From contig JBFYLF010000001.1 in the NCBI GenBank assembly GCA_041305505.1, positions 1-34,476 on the forward strand: DNA of 34,476 nt. The letters run 5' to 3'. A program made the translations under genes and the position numbers. Position 1 is the stretch's first letter. Each line of letters begins with the position of its first letter. Of the stretch, positions 7,477 through 16,347 are shown in pieces. Below the pieces are notes generated by a model, which saw nothing but the letters and a program-made list of their open reading frames with translations, was not told the DNA's origin and made no database searches. Origin of the DNA: Methanothrix sp. GTDB taxonomy: Archaea; Halobacteriota; Methanosarcinia; Methanotrichales; Methanotrichaceae.

Positions 7477-9389
7477 GTAGCGAGATGAATTGTTCCGATT
7501 TGCTTGCACAACTGAATGAACTGGATGAGCATCATAAAATAGAGGCAAAAGCTTGCACTTCCAGCGAACTGGGCGAATCCATATTAGAAACCGTTTGCGC
7601 TTTCTCCAATGAACCTGATCTTGAAGGCGGCTATTTATTATTGGGTGTGACCCGAACTAGAAGTGTTACTAGAAAGTTCTATGAAGTTATAGGGGTCTCC
7701 GACCCCGATAAGCTTCAAGCAGACTTGGTTACACAGTGTGCATCCGTATTCAACCGACCGGTTCGACCCAACTGTTGGGTTGAGACGATAAATGGCAAGG
7801 TAGTCATTGGAGTTTTCATTCCTGAGACACAACCAGGAGATAAGCCCATATTTCTCAAGAAGTACGGGCTTCCTAAAGGAGCCTTTCGCCGAATAGGCTC
7901 TACGGATCAGAGATGCACTGAGGATGATCTGCTCATCTTCTTTAACGAAAGAGACTATCGTTTTTTTGATGCCACACTCTTGACCGAGAGCGATCTTGAT
8001 GATATTGACTCAGAATCGATGTCTGATTACCGCCGAGCGCGTCGTGAGGCTAATCCGGATGCTGAAGAGCTGAAATGGGATGATTCAGATCTGCTGAAGT
8101 CACTGGCCTGTGCATCTATCCATGATGGGAAGCTTAAACTCACCATAGCAGGGTTGGTTCTATTTGGAAAATCAAGTTCTTTGCGTAGATTACTGCCCAT
8201 GACTCGATTGGATTATATTCGCGTTCCAGGCAGGGAATGGCTGGCTGATCCGGAACACCCTTTTGAGACTATTGAAATGCGCTTGCCACTGATGCGACTT
8301 ATAAGCAGAGCAAGGGCTGCCATGCTTGATGATCTGCCTGTTGCATTCTCCTTGCCGAAAGGCCAGTTTCAGAGACAGGAAATGCCGCTCATTCCTGAAA
8401 GAGTACTAAGAGAGGCATTAGTCAATGCACTGATGCATAGGAACTACAGGATTTCGGGACCTGTGCAGGTCATTCGATATTCTAACCGCATTGAGATACG
8501 TAATCCCGGTCATTCCTTAAAACCTTTGGATAAGTTAGGCGAGCCAGGCTCTATAACAAGAAATCCCCGCATTGCTGCAGTATTGCACGATGCCAAGTAT
8601 GCCGAGACAAAAGGCAGCGGGATAAAAGTGATTAAGGAGTTGATGAGGTCTGCAAACCTCACACCGCCTGCTTTTGATTCAGATCGAGAGAAGGATGAAT
8701 TTGCGGTCACCATATTATTTCACCATTTACTGGAAGAATCTGATGTAATGTGGCTGGCTCAATTTAAAGATGCAAACCTCACAAGCGATGAGGCAAAACT
8801 ATTGATATTCATGAGGGAGAAGGGAAGCATCAATAACGCGGAAGGAAGAGATCTTACTGATTTAGATACCCTTACTGTTAGCTCAAGGTTACGCAGATTA
8901 CGTGATCTGGGTTTCATCCAGCAGCACAATCGAGGTTCTGCTACATTCTACACTCCTGCAGAACGCTTGATGAATGCAGGATTTGGACGTAGAGCCTTAA
9001 TTAAAGAACTGATTCAGACTCAATTACCCACGATCGAAGACTCGAAACCTACCATCAAACCTACCATCGAACAACAAATACCTACCATCAAACCTACCAT
9101 CGAACTAGAACGGGAGTATAAAGAAATCCCGACGTCTCTATGGAAAAATATCCATGAGCTTGGAATGCATAGCCAACCTGAGCGTGTCCAGAGGATTATA
9201 TTTGATCTGTGTAGCATAAGGCCGTTTTCCTCAGAAGAGCTTGGAATAATATTGAATCGAAATAAAGGTTGGATCCGCAACAGCTACTTGAGACCTATGC
9301 TAAGAGAGGGAAGAATCGAATATACCAATCCGGATCATCCTCGCCAGCAGGGGCAAGCATATCGGGCCGTCAGGAAGAAGCAGCAATGA
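7473..9389 (+). CDS. Schlafen/AlbA_2 domain + HATPase_c_4 + winged-helix protein (often annotated RecG-like/ATP-binding)
   Basis: EHHKIEAK, ETVCAFSN...GGYLLLGV, RRIGSTD; LREALVNALMHRNY, RIEIRNPG, RNPRIA, ETKGSGI; C-terminal HTH segments. Confidence 0.88.
   Translation: MSSEMNCSDLLAQLNELDEHHKIEAKACTSSELGESILETVCAFSNEPDLEGGYLLLGVTRTRSVTRKFYEVIGVSDPDKLQADLVTQCASVFNRPVRPNCWVETINGKVVIGVFIPETQPGDKPIFLKKYGLPKGAFRRIGSTDQRCTEDDLLIFFNERDYRFFDATLLTESDLDDIDSESMSDYRRARREANPDAEELKWDDSDLLKSLACASIHDGKLKLTIAGLVLFGKSSSLRRLLPMTRLDYIRVPGREWLADPEHPFETIEMRLPLMRLISRARAAMLDDLPVAFSLPKGQFQRQEMPLIPERVLREALVNALMHRNYRISGPVQVIRYSNRIEIRNPGHSLKPLDKLGEPGSITRNPRIAAVLHDAKYAETKGSGIKVIKELMRSANLTPPAFDSDREKDEFAVTILFHHLLEESDVMWLAQFKDANLTSDEAKLLIFMREKGSINNAEGRDLTDLDTLTVSSRLRRLRDLGFIQQHNRGSATFYTPAERLMNAGFGRRALIKELIQTQLPTIEDSKPTIKPTIEQQIPTIKPTIELEREYKEIPTSLWKNIHELGMHSQPERVQRIIFDLCSIRPFSSEELGIILNRNKGWIRNSYLRPMLREGRIEYTNPDHPRQQGQAYRAVRKKQQ
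9046..9105 (+). repeat. Short coding repeats KPTIKPTIEQQIPTIKPTIE
   Basis: CCTACCATC occurs four times, arranged as two copies of a 33-bp unit in the inter-domain linker. Confidence 0.85.
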
Positions 9390-9475
9390 GCAACCTGGGG
9401 GTAGACGGAAGCGCTGGCCGAAGTGCAAGGATTCAGGCGTGTAGGGGCTGGAAGGAGGCCGAAGCGTTGGACACT
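9386..9475 (+). pseudogene. hsdS: Type I R-M specificity subunit N-terminal remnant
   Basis: ATG overlaps the upstream stop (ATGA); a shifted frame reads RKRWPKCKDSGV*GL..PKRW, matching the HsdS start consensus YPxYKDSGVEWLGEIPxHW. Confidence 0.6.
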
Positions 9476-9509
9476 CGCGGAAGATGACGACAGAGAATCC
9501 TCGATGATT

Positions 9510-10062
9510 ACGCAACCCCGCCCCCGATCGCGCCCGCCTGGGAGCTGAGCTGCAGGGTCTCTTTGCCGCCGGAAAGCACGCCGAGATCCTGGCTGCGGTG
9601 GATGCCTGCCTGCCCAAAGACGAGGCGGGCAATTTCATGGCCGACCGGGAGCGCTCGGATGTGGTGCACGACCTGCTGGCTTTTCTCGCAGAGCGGATGC
9701 TGGAGATGAACAAGGCCAAGCAGCAGGAAATCCGGGGCTTCCTGGGATGGCTGGAGGGCTTCGTCGGGGCAAAGGTCGAGGACCTCACGCCAAAGACAAA
9801 GCTGTAGGGCTACTATGAGCACGACTGTGAGAGCTTCCTCGCAGTGCTAAAGAAGAATCGGAAGAAGCTGGCCGTCGATCCTGCAAGACGGGAGCCGGGG
9901 GAGGCGCTCCGGGCCGAGTTCGAGGGCTCGCTTGCGAAGCTGCTGCCGCTGCTGGAGCGGATCAGACGGACGGATGAGCTGATCGACGCCATTGTGTACC
10001 GGCTATACGGACTCACGGAAGAGGAGATCGAGATTGTGGAAGGACGCAGTAAAATTAATTAG
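9510..10062 (+). pseudogene. C-terminal remnant of a type IIG (Eco57I/TaqI_C-like) R-M enzyme, copy 1
   Basis: ERSDVVHDLLAFLAERMLEMNKAK...KTKL*GYY...RIRRTDELIDAIVYRLYGLTEEEIEIVEG; in-frame TAG at 9805-9807 and no N-terminus. Confidence 0.8.
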
Positions 10063-10387
10063 ATAAAATAGTTATTATCTTCTTTAGAACCTCATCGACC
10101 TTATCTGACTTTATATGGCCGGCTTTATATAGAATTATCTTGCACTCCGCAGTAAATATTCGATTTGGCCTTATGTTACTTATTTTCCGAAGAGACCCTT
10201 CTTCAAAGTCGAATTCATTTAGGGCAACAGCATACCTATCCCCGAATTGCTGACTGGTTATCTGACAGAGGATCCTATCCTCTCCATCGAGTTTTGCCAG
10301 CACCAGGGCGGGACGCCTTTTTGCCTCTGTCAAATCTGAGAACGGGAAAGGTACGACAACCACATCTCCTTTCACAAATCTTTCCAA
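10055..10387 (-). CDS. mazF: PemK/MazF family endoribonuclease toxin
   Basis: KGDVVVVPFPFSDLTEAKRRPALVL...ILCQITS. Confidence 0.92.
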   Translation of the reverse strand: MERFVKGDVVVVPFPFSDLTEAKRRPALVLAKLDGEDRILCQITSQQFGDRYAVALNEFDFEEGSLRKISNIRPNRIFTAECKIILYKAGHIKSDKVDEVLKKIITILSN

Positions 10388-10566
10388 GCTTCATCCTCCT
10401 CAGCACTCAGCCAATCCTTTGCCAATACAGATTCGCTTAATATAGCCGCTTCCGATTTGTCTCTTGATGCTTTTCCCTTTAAAAAATGAATAAAATCCAA
10501 TATCTCTTCCAGATAGGGCTCAGGGAAAAGCTCGATCTCCTTTTGAATTAACTCCTTGGTCACCAT
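10372..10566 (-). CDS. DUF2281-like antitoxin cognate to MazF
   Basis: MVTKELIQKEIELFPEPYLEEILDFIHFLK...LSESVLAKDWLSAEEDEAWKDL; overlaps the toxin start. Confidence 0.85.
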   Translation of the reverse strand: MVTKELIQKEIELFPEPYLEEILDFIHFLKGKASRDKSEAAILSESVLAKDWLSAEEDEAWKDL

Positions 10567-10623
10567 ATCAATAGTACTATCAATTAAGATGGTAAAAGAC
10601 TTTTTGTAGCTGGCACTGGCTAC

Positions 10624-10923
10624 TGCATCTCTGCCGCCACCTCCGCCGACGAGCGCGCCCGCCAGGGAGCAAAGCTGCAAGATCTCTACGCCGCCGGAAA
10701 ACACGCCGAGGTCCTGGCTGCCGTGGTGGCCTGACTGCCCCAGGACGGGGCCGGAAACTTCATCGCCGACCGGGAGCGCTCGGATGTGGTGCACGACTCG
10801 GCTGGCTTTTCTCGCAGAGCGGATGCTGGAGATGGACAAGGAGAAGCTAGCCTGGAGATCCGGGGCTTCTTAGGCTGGCTGGAGGGCTAAGAGGAGATCG
10901 GAATTGTGGAAGGAAAGAAATGA
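10624..10923 (+). pseudogene. Type IIG R-M C-terminal remnant, copy 2 (internally deleted)
   Basis: Nucleotide homology to 9510-9760 (shared GCCGACCGGGAGCGCTCGGATGTGGTGCACGAC), then jumps to GAGGAGATCGGAATTGTGGAAGGA, matching 10021-10044. Confidence 0.85.
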
Positions 10924-11015
10924 GGCCCTGAAGGAATACCCGGCCTGGCTTCAAATATTATTTATCCTGAGCCCGCCTTTTACTATTGTCATTGCCGCTG
11001 TTCAAGGGGTTCCAT

Positions 11016-11213
11016 ATGTCTGATGTTCTGGATAAAAAGGTGAGGGTGATTTATGAGGATGGCGTCTTCAAGCCCCTGCAGGAGATCGAACTGCAAGAGG
11101 GGACTGTCGCCCTTGTGGTTCTCAAGCCGGGAAGAATCACAGATGCAGCAAAAAAGTTCAGGATTAAAGTGGATAAGGATGTGATGCAGGAGTTCGTTGA
11201 GGAGAGAAAATGA
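11016..11213 (+). CDS. AF2212-like (DUF104) antitoxin
   Basis: VRVIYEDGVFKPLQEIELQEG motif; ATGA overlap with the PIN gene. Confidence 0.88.
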   Translation: MSDVLDKKVRVIYEDGVFKPLQEIELQEGTVALVVLKPGRITDAAKKFRIKVDKDVMQEFVEERK

Positions 11214-11659
11214 TAGTAGTAGATACTTCAGTCTTCATCGATCTCCTCTTTGAGTACGACTCCCAAAGAACGCGTTCATCCGAAGAATTGTTTTCAATCC
11301 TTGAAGAAAATGCCTTGCCCATAGCAGAACCTGATCTCTTCAAAGTGGAGCTTACAGGGCAAATCGCTAGAAGGGTCCAGAAGGAAAAGGCGGTAAAGAT
11401 CTGCCAGGAGATATTTGCTGAGTTGATCTTCGTCGACACATCCAGGATCTTTGAAGAGGCGCTTTCCATCGCCATGGAAACGGGATCCAGGGCTTCAGAT
11501 TCATTCTACATAGCTTGTGCCAGGGTTCAAAAGGCGATTTTGGTTTCAAATGATAAATATCAAATAGAAAGTGCCAGAAAATCTGGAATAGAGGTCTATA
11601 ATTTGCTCCATGATCAAAAGCTGGTCAAGGGGCGACTGCTTGAAATAGCATTCCAATAG
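11210..11659 (+). CDS. vapC: VapC/PIN-domain toxin
   Basis: MIVVDTSVFID, acidic residues in VEL, ASDSFYIACA and LVSNDK. Confidence 0.92.
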   Translation: MIVVDTSVFIDLLFEYDSQRTRSSEELFSILEENALPIAEPDLFKVELTGQIARRVQKEKAVKICQEIFAELIFVDTSRIFEEALSIAMETGSRASDSFYIACARVQKAILVSNDKYQIESARKSGIEVYNLLHDQKLVKGRLLEIAFQ

Positions 11660-11695
11660 CCCAAATCCCGTGGATCACATAAGGTTGGGGGATCT

Positions 11696-11917
11696 ATGAC
11701 CGAAAGAGCCAGGGCAATGGACGAAGCCGAACTGAGAGTTGCTGGAATTGATATCTTGAACAGGGCGCTCGGTCCTGCCGAAACATTAAGATTTTTATCC
11801 CTCTTCCGCAGTGGGCCAACCGATTACGTTGAGGTCTCCAGAAGGCTTTACGATAACCAGAGTGTGGAAGAGATCTTCAAGCGAGCCAGGGAAAATGAAG
11901 GACGATGCCACACGTGA
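11696..11917 (+). CDS. Small antitoxin-like protein, apparently orphaned
   Basis: AGIDILNRALGPAETLRFLSLF...DY resembles small partners of PIN toxins; preceded by an overlapping remnant NPVDHIRLGDL*. Confidence 0.55.
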   Translation: MTERARAMDEAELRVAGIDILNRALGPAETLRFLSLFRSGPTDYVEVSRRLYDNQSVEEIFKRARENEGRCHT

Positions 11918-11976
11918 TAATGGCTTGGATCGCGAAAAATTCAAAAAGCTAAAAAATTAATAGACATCTGGTTGAA

Positions 11977-12259
11977 ATGTCTTACACCGCTTTGCTTTCT
12001 CCTGATGCTCAGAAATATCTTGATGGCCTGGACAAAAAGCGTGCCGGGAACATCAGGAAGCATCTTAAGGAATTGGAGAAAGACCCATTCAAGCCGCGAG
12101 CTTCCTGTGATATAGACATTATCGCAGGCAGCAGCAGGCCGCCCATGTACCGGCCTTGAGATCGGTGAATTCAGAGCCATTTACTTCGTAGAAGAAAATA
12201 CGATATATGTAGCCGACCTATTTTTTAAAAAGAGAAATTCAGCCTATAGGGAAGATTAA
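11977..12259 (+). pseudogene. relE: RelE/ParE family toxin with a +1 frameshift
   Basis: MSYTALLSPDAQKYLDGLDKK...MYR; removing one C near 12154 continues LEIGEFRAIYFVEENTIYVADLFFKKRNSAYRED*. Confidence 0.82.
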
Positions 12260-12288
12260 TAACCAAGAGATGATATAAGGGGTTGGAA

Positions 12289-12474
12289 ATGGCGACTGTT
12301 GAAATGAGCAAAAAGGATGTATTGATTGCCTATGCAGATGAGCAATACAAGAAACTGCAGCGGGAAAAAGATCAGTACGTCTCACTTGACGAGTATTGTG
12401 CCAAGCTTGGGCATCGAATAGTCTCTTTTTCGAGCCGGAGATTGCCTGCTTTCCACTGCCCGCGGCTTTCATAA
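12289..12474 (+). CDS. Probable antitoxin downstream of RelE; C-terminus possibly frameshifted
   Basis: YVSLDEYCAKLG resembles RelB-type antitoxin tails; removing one G in CTTGGGCATCGAATAG gives a natural end LGIE*. Confidence 0.5.
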   Translation: MATVEMSKKDVLIAYADEQYKKLQREKDQYVSLDEYCAKLGHRIVSFSSRRLPAFHCPRLS

Positions 12475-12537
12475 TATCGATTTTATAGAACTTGTGATCA
12501 GGGAAGCCAGCCGCATTAATGAACAAGCGCTCATAGC

Positions 12538-12575
12538 CGCATCTCTGCCGCCACCCTTGCCGAAGAGCCCGCTCT
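12538..12575 (+). repeat. Third, short copy of the type IIG remnant start
   Basis: GCATCTCTGCCGCCACCCTTGCCGAAGAGC versus GCATCTCTGCCGCCACCTCCGCCGACGAGC at 10625. Confidence 0.7.
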
Positions 12576-12649
12576 GAGGCGGGATTATCCTATCAAAGCA
12601 TAGGAACTTCAAGAGAAAATAAAGAGCTGATAAGAAAGCTATCCTTATC

Positions 12650-12835
12650 TCATTTCATCCCGGCGAACCGTTTGATCGTCGCCCTCTTGCGCTGCCACCT
12701 TCGGGCCTCTCTGGCTTTGTCCTCTTTTAATTCAGCCAGGCGGTCGGACTCGCTCTCCGATTCATTCGTTCCCATCTCTTCTTGATCTCTGACCGTATGA
12801 TCTATGCCTTTCTGATCCATGCCCGTCTGATCCAT
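12650..12835 (-). CDS. Small charged hypothetical protein
   Basis: AGGTGA ribosome-binding site before ATG; MDQTGMDQKG... with an acidic middle and basic tail. Confidence 0.5.
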   Translation of the reverse strand: MDQTGMDQKGIDHTVRDQEEMGTNESESESDRLAELKEDKAREARRWQRKRATIKRFAGMK

Positions 12836-13374
12836 GCTAATTTCACCTGAGTTGCATTTTTTCTCCTTACAAAGCGGATGTTTTTCCGTTGAGAGGAGAC
12901 ACGCTAACAGAAAATACACATCTTTTATGGTGATTAATCTATTTAAGGCTATGTCGAGAAGGGCTGAACTTGAAGAAGGCTTTCCGCCCGACGCCTGAAA
13001 GGAGAAATCTTCCCATCCGGCTCATGTCCTTTTCCATCGGCTTAACCGGGGAATAGAGAAAAGATGGCCTTCGTGCATGGTCAGATCTTGTATGCCGATT
13101 CAGTCAGCGGCAAAATCCCAGAGGTTGAGCATCTCCGAAATCGATGGCCGGAAGATCTCCATGAGCATTGTCTGGCGGGAAAAGTCACCTGGAAAAGAGA
13201 CTCATGATTTGATGCCGCGTATTTTCAAGCATATTTCGCATTTCGACCGACAGGTATATCATCTAGACTGCCTTTTCAGAGGTGTTACATTTTGCGTCGA
13301 TTCAAAGAGATTTGTTGAGATGTCTTTTGTAGCATAATCGGTTCTTTGAATCGATAACAAGGTAAGTGAATCAA

Positions 13375-13572
13375 ATGTTTGAGAGAAAGTACGACAACAG
13401 CGGTAGCTCCAGAAATAGCTACAACAGCGGCCCTAGAGAAATGACTGATGTAACCTGCTCCGAATGCGGCAAGCAGACCCAGGTCCCATTCAAGCCGGAC
13501 GGATCCAGACCGGTTTACTGCAGCGAGTGCTACCAGAAGCACAGACCTGCCAGAGCACCCAGAAGATACTAA
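13375..13572 (+). CDS. CxxC-x17-CxxC zinc-ribbon protein
   Basis: REMTDVTCSECGKQTQVPFKPDGSRPVYCSECY. Confidence 0.92.
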   Translation: MFERKYDNSGSSRNSYNSGPREMTDVTCSECGKQTQVPFKPDGSRPVYCSECYQKHRPARAPRRY

Positions 13573-13597
13573 CCAATTTTTCCACATAATTAGAATC

Positions 13598-13650
13598 GCC
13601 GAAATCGGCCATGCGGGGCGGCAAACTGCCCTGCAAATCTTGTTTTTCTG
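13598..13650 (+). terminator. Hairpins plus T-tract after the zinc-ribbon gene
   Basis: GCCGA-aa-TCGGC, then TGCGGGGCGG/CTGCCCTGCA, followed by TCTTGTTTTTCT. Confidence 0.45.
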
Positions 13651-13758
13651 TCCAGCATATTGTTTTTCCAAACGAGCATCTAGAGGATAGCTGATGAGGC
13701 CGATGCAAAGAATATCGATCCAAAGGATGAAGAGCGGAATGGAGCGAAAGTCTTGACT

Positions 13759-14199
13759 ATGCATAAGCAGACTGCAATTCCAGATCCTGCATCAAACAAG
13801 ATGATCGAGGTGGACGAAGGGATAGCTCCCCTGCTCTTGGCCATCTGGAGCCGCGGCATAATTACCTGCAATTCCTGCCAGGAGAATATGCCGGGTATGA
13901 TGTGGATTGAGTTTCTCGGCGCAGAAGATGCAGAGGCCTTTTTGACTCTGATAGCATCGGACCTTGATCCCATTAACCACCCAAAAGCATACAACTATCT
14001 CCACTCCAGAATAAAGGGCGGTGACGGTGGCTGGCGATATGCTGCCCATCCCCATGATGTCAGAGAATACATTGATGAAGAGCACGGCACCATAGAATTG
14101 AACTCATCCGAGCCGTGTGCGATCACATTATCCATATCGATACGCTTTCCGATGGGGGATTACCAAAGACTGAGTGATATTCTCAGCGAAAAGACATGA
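13759..14199 (+). CDS. Hypothetical protein, weakly Tyw3-like at the N-terminus
   Basis: IEVDEGIAPLLLAIWSRGIITCNSCQE. Confidence 0.55.
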   Translation: MHKQTAIPDPASNKMIEVDEGIAPLLLAIWSRGIITCNSCQENMPGMMWIEFLGAEDAEAFLTLIASDLDPINHPKAYNYLHSRIKGGDGGWRYAAHPHDVREYIDEEHGTIELNSSEPCAITLSISIRFPMGDYQRLSDILSEKT

Positions 14200-14287
14200 T
14201 ACTACTTAAATCAGCGAAGACAATTATAATTTGAAATGAATTCAAAAATGCTGTGGATCGAAATGCAGATCCAAATTAGGAGACTTG

Positions 14288-14539
14288 ATGACCTGTAATC
14301 TTTGTACCAGAGCCCCGGTGGGCGCGTGTGTGGGCGAAGCATTCTGCGCTTCCCTGCATTTGACGGACGAGGAAGCCTGCAGCCTGGCTGCAGAAGCTTG
14401 CCTCGCTTGGTGGCAGGAGAGAGATGAAGTAGCAGCTTCAGATGATGCTCTCTGGGAGATGTCGCAGGAGCGGATCAATGAACTGGCCTGCGATCCAGAG
14501 AAAGCCCGGGCCTATCTGGCCGAGAAGAAGACGGGCTGA
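14288..14539 (+). CDS. Small Cys-rich hypothetical protein
   Basis: AGGAG ribosome-binding site; CxxC...C...C; followed by a pyrimidine-rich terminator-like tract. Confidence 0.5.
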   Translation: MTCNLCTRAPVGACVGEAFCASLHLTDEEACSLAAEACLAWWQERDEVAASDDALWEMSQERINELACDPEKARAYLAEKKTG

Positions 14540-14628
14540 TCCTGCGCCCGCCGCAAAATTTTTCTTTTCTCTTTCTCCCTGGGCACGATTCCAGTGCTAT
14601 CCCTGCCACCATTAGCAGTGCATATCAA

Positions 14629-15894
14629 CTAGAAACGTCTGACAGTGTGAGACCTGCGCGGAACGGACTTATTCATGCTCTCCGACCGGGCATTTCTCAA
14701 TACAGCCCTTGATCTATTGGGAGCCAGGGGCTCGGCTGCAGCTCCAGTCGCGTTCTTCGCCTTTTCTGAATGATATTGATGCTCTGCGGCCCCAATCTTC
14801 ATGTGGGTGAACCTCTCGATGCCCCGAAGGTAGTTTCTCTCGTCTGCCGCACAAAAAGAATATGCTACGCCGTGAGCTCCGGCCCGTCCGGTCCTGCCGA
14901 TCCGGTGAACATAGCTCTCCGGCTCATTGGGCAGATCGTAGTTTATGACATGCGAAATCTCATCCACATCAATTCCCCGCGCAGCAATATCCGTGGCCAC
15001 CAGCACCTGCGTATAGCCAGATTTGAAATCATGCATGGCTTTTGTGCGCTGGACCTGCGACTTGTTGCCGTGAATGGCCATGGCATTGATCTTGTTCTTA
15101 TTGAGCATGAGAGTGACCTTGTCCGCCCGGTGCTTGGTGCGGGTGAAGATCAGGACCCGCTCCATTGCCGAGTCTTCGAAGAGCGTTTGGAGCAACTGGT
15201 CCTTGTTGGGCTGATCCACAAAGAAGATGCTCTGCTCGATGCAATCAAGAGGCCTCTCCTGGCTGGCCGCCTCAATTCGTACCGCATTGTTCAGCAGTCT
15301 CTCGGCAAACTCGTCCGTCTCCCGCGTTGGTGTGGCCGAGAAGAAGAGTGACTGGCGCTTGGAGGGCAGAGCCGAGACGATCTTTCGCATATCCTTGACA
15401 AATCCCATGTCCAGCATCCTATCCATCTCATCAAGGACGAAGTACTCCACGCTCTGCAGCTTGATAAAGCCCTGATTCATCAGGTCGAGCAATCGTCCGG
15501 GCGTGGCCACAAGTATGTCCACGCCTCTGGAAAGCATCCTGACCTGAGGTACCTGGCTCACTCCGCCGAATATGGCCGCATGCTTGAAGCGGAGAAACTG
15601 ACCGTATGTGGCAAAGCTCTGATCGATCTGGGCGGCAAGCTCTCTTGTCGGCGCCAGCACCAGAACGCGCGGTGAGCCGGGCAGAAGAACCTTGAGATCT
15701 GCCGCCATCCTTTGCAGTATAGGCAGAACGAATGCTGCCGTCTTGCCTGTGCCCGTCTGGGCTATGCCCATCAGGTCTTTTCCCTGAAGCAGAGGGGGTA
15801 TGGCCTGCATCTGTATTGGGGTGGGCTTGGTGTATCCTTCTTTGGCTATGGCCCGTGAAAGCGGGTCAATGATATTTAGATTTTGAAATGACAT
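14629..15894 (-). CDS. DEAD-box RNA helicase (RhlE-like)
   Basis: Q motif GYTKPTPIQ, AQTGTGKT, PTRELA, TPGRLLD, DEMD, SAT, ARGID and HRIGRTGR. Confidence 0.95.
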   Translation of the reverse strand: MSFQNLNIIDPLSRAIAKEGYTKPTPIQMQAIPPLLQGKDLMGIAQTGTGKTAAFVLPILQRMAADLKVLLPGSPRVLVLAPTRELAAQIDQSFATYGQFLRFKHAAIFGGVSQVPQVRMLSRGVDILVATPGRLLDLMNQGFIKLQSVEYFVLDEMDRMLDMGFVKDMRKIVSALPSKRQSLFFSATPTRETDEFAERLLNNAVRIEAASQERPLDCIEQSIFFVDQPNKDQLLQTLFEDSAMERVLIFTRTKHRADKVTLMLNKNKINAMAIHGNKSQVQRTKAMHDFKSGYTQVLVATDIAARGIDVDEISHVINYDLPNEPESYVHRIGRTGRAGAHGVAYSFCAADERNYLRGIERFTHMKIGAAEHQYHSEKAKNATGAAAEPLAPNRSRAVLRNARSESMNKSVPRRSHTVRRF

Positions 15895-16347
15895 TTAACC
15901 TCGTAATGATTTTTTTTAGTGATGCTTCTAGGAGTTGAAGTTTCATGGAACGGATCTGAAAAAGGATGATCAGATGTCGTATTCACTACGCCCAACAGAA
16001 TTGCTTTCTTTATCAAAGTGCTTCTGCATCCGGTAGTGCCACAAAAACATCTCAACGTCTTTCCTGAATCGATGCAAATGAAGCTTTTTGGTGAGAGCTT
16101 TATGGGGATATATAGCTGTCGGTTAGAACTGGATAGAGCAGCCGGTGTCCTGAAGAGGGACCGGCTTTCAATGTCATCCGGGACTCATCGGAATATGCAT
16201 TCCCGCCTGGCCCTTTGGACGGATCTAGACAATCTAAAAAAATGAATGCAATAGAAAGTCGCAGGATATGGAATTCATGGCTTCGGCCACTTAATCGGCC
16301 AGGAACAGTCACTTGAAAAGACGCACCCAAGTCTCATCCTGGATAAC

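Noticed and set aside
9805-9807. In-frame TAG as possible pyrrolysine readthrough
   Set aside because: It lies in an R-M fragment with no N-terminus among other lesions; a CAG-to-TAG nonsense change is simpler, and no pyl genes are in the window.
10567-10839. N-terminal extension of the 155-aa minus-strand ORF
   Set aside because: It is the antisense of R-M remnant copy 2; the antitoxin most likely starts at ATG 10566.
5250-12600. Prophage, IS element or classical integron as the explanation for the island
   Set aside because: No integrase, transposase, terminal inverted repeats, tRNA attachment site or attC-like sites were recognised.
12960-13075. Possible structured RNA closed by GAAGGC/GCCTTC
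   Set aside because: The internal pairing is weak by eye and there is no supporting promoter or family match.
14770-15351. 193-aa plus-strand ORF and similar short overlapping ORFs elsewhere
   Set aside because: Antisense or alternate-frame shadows of well-supported genes.
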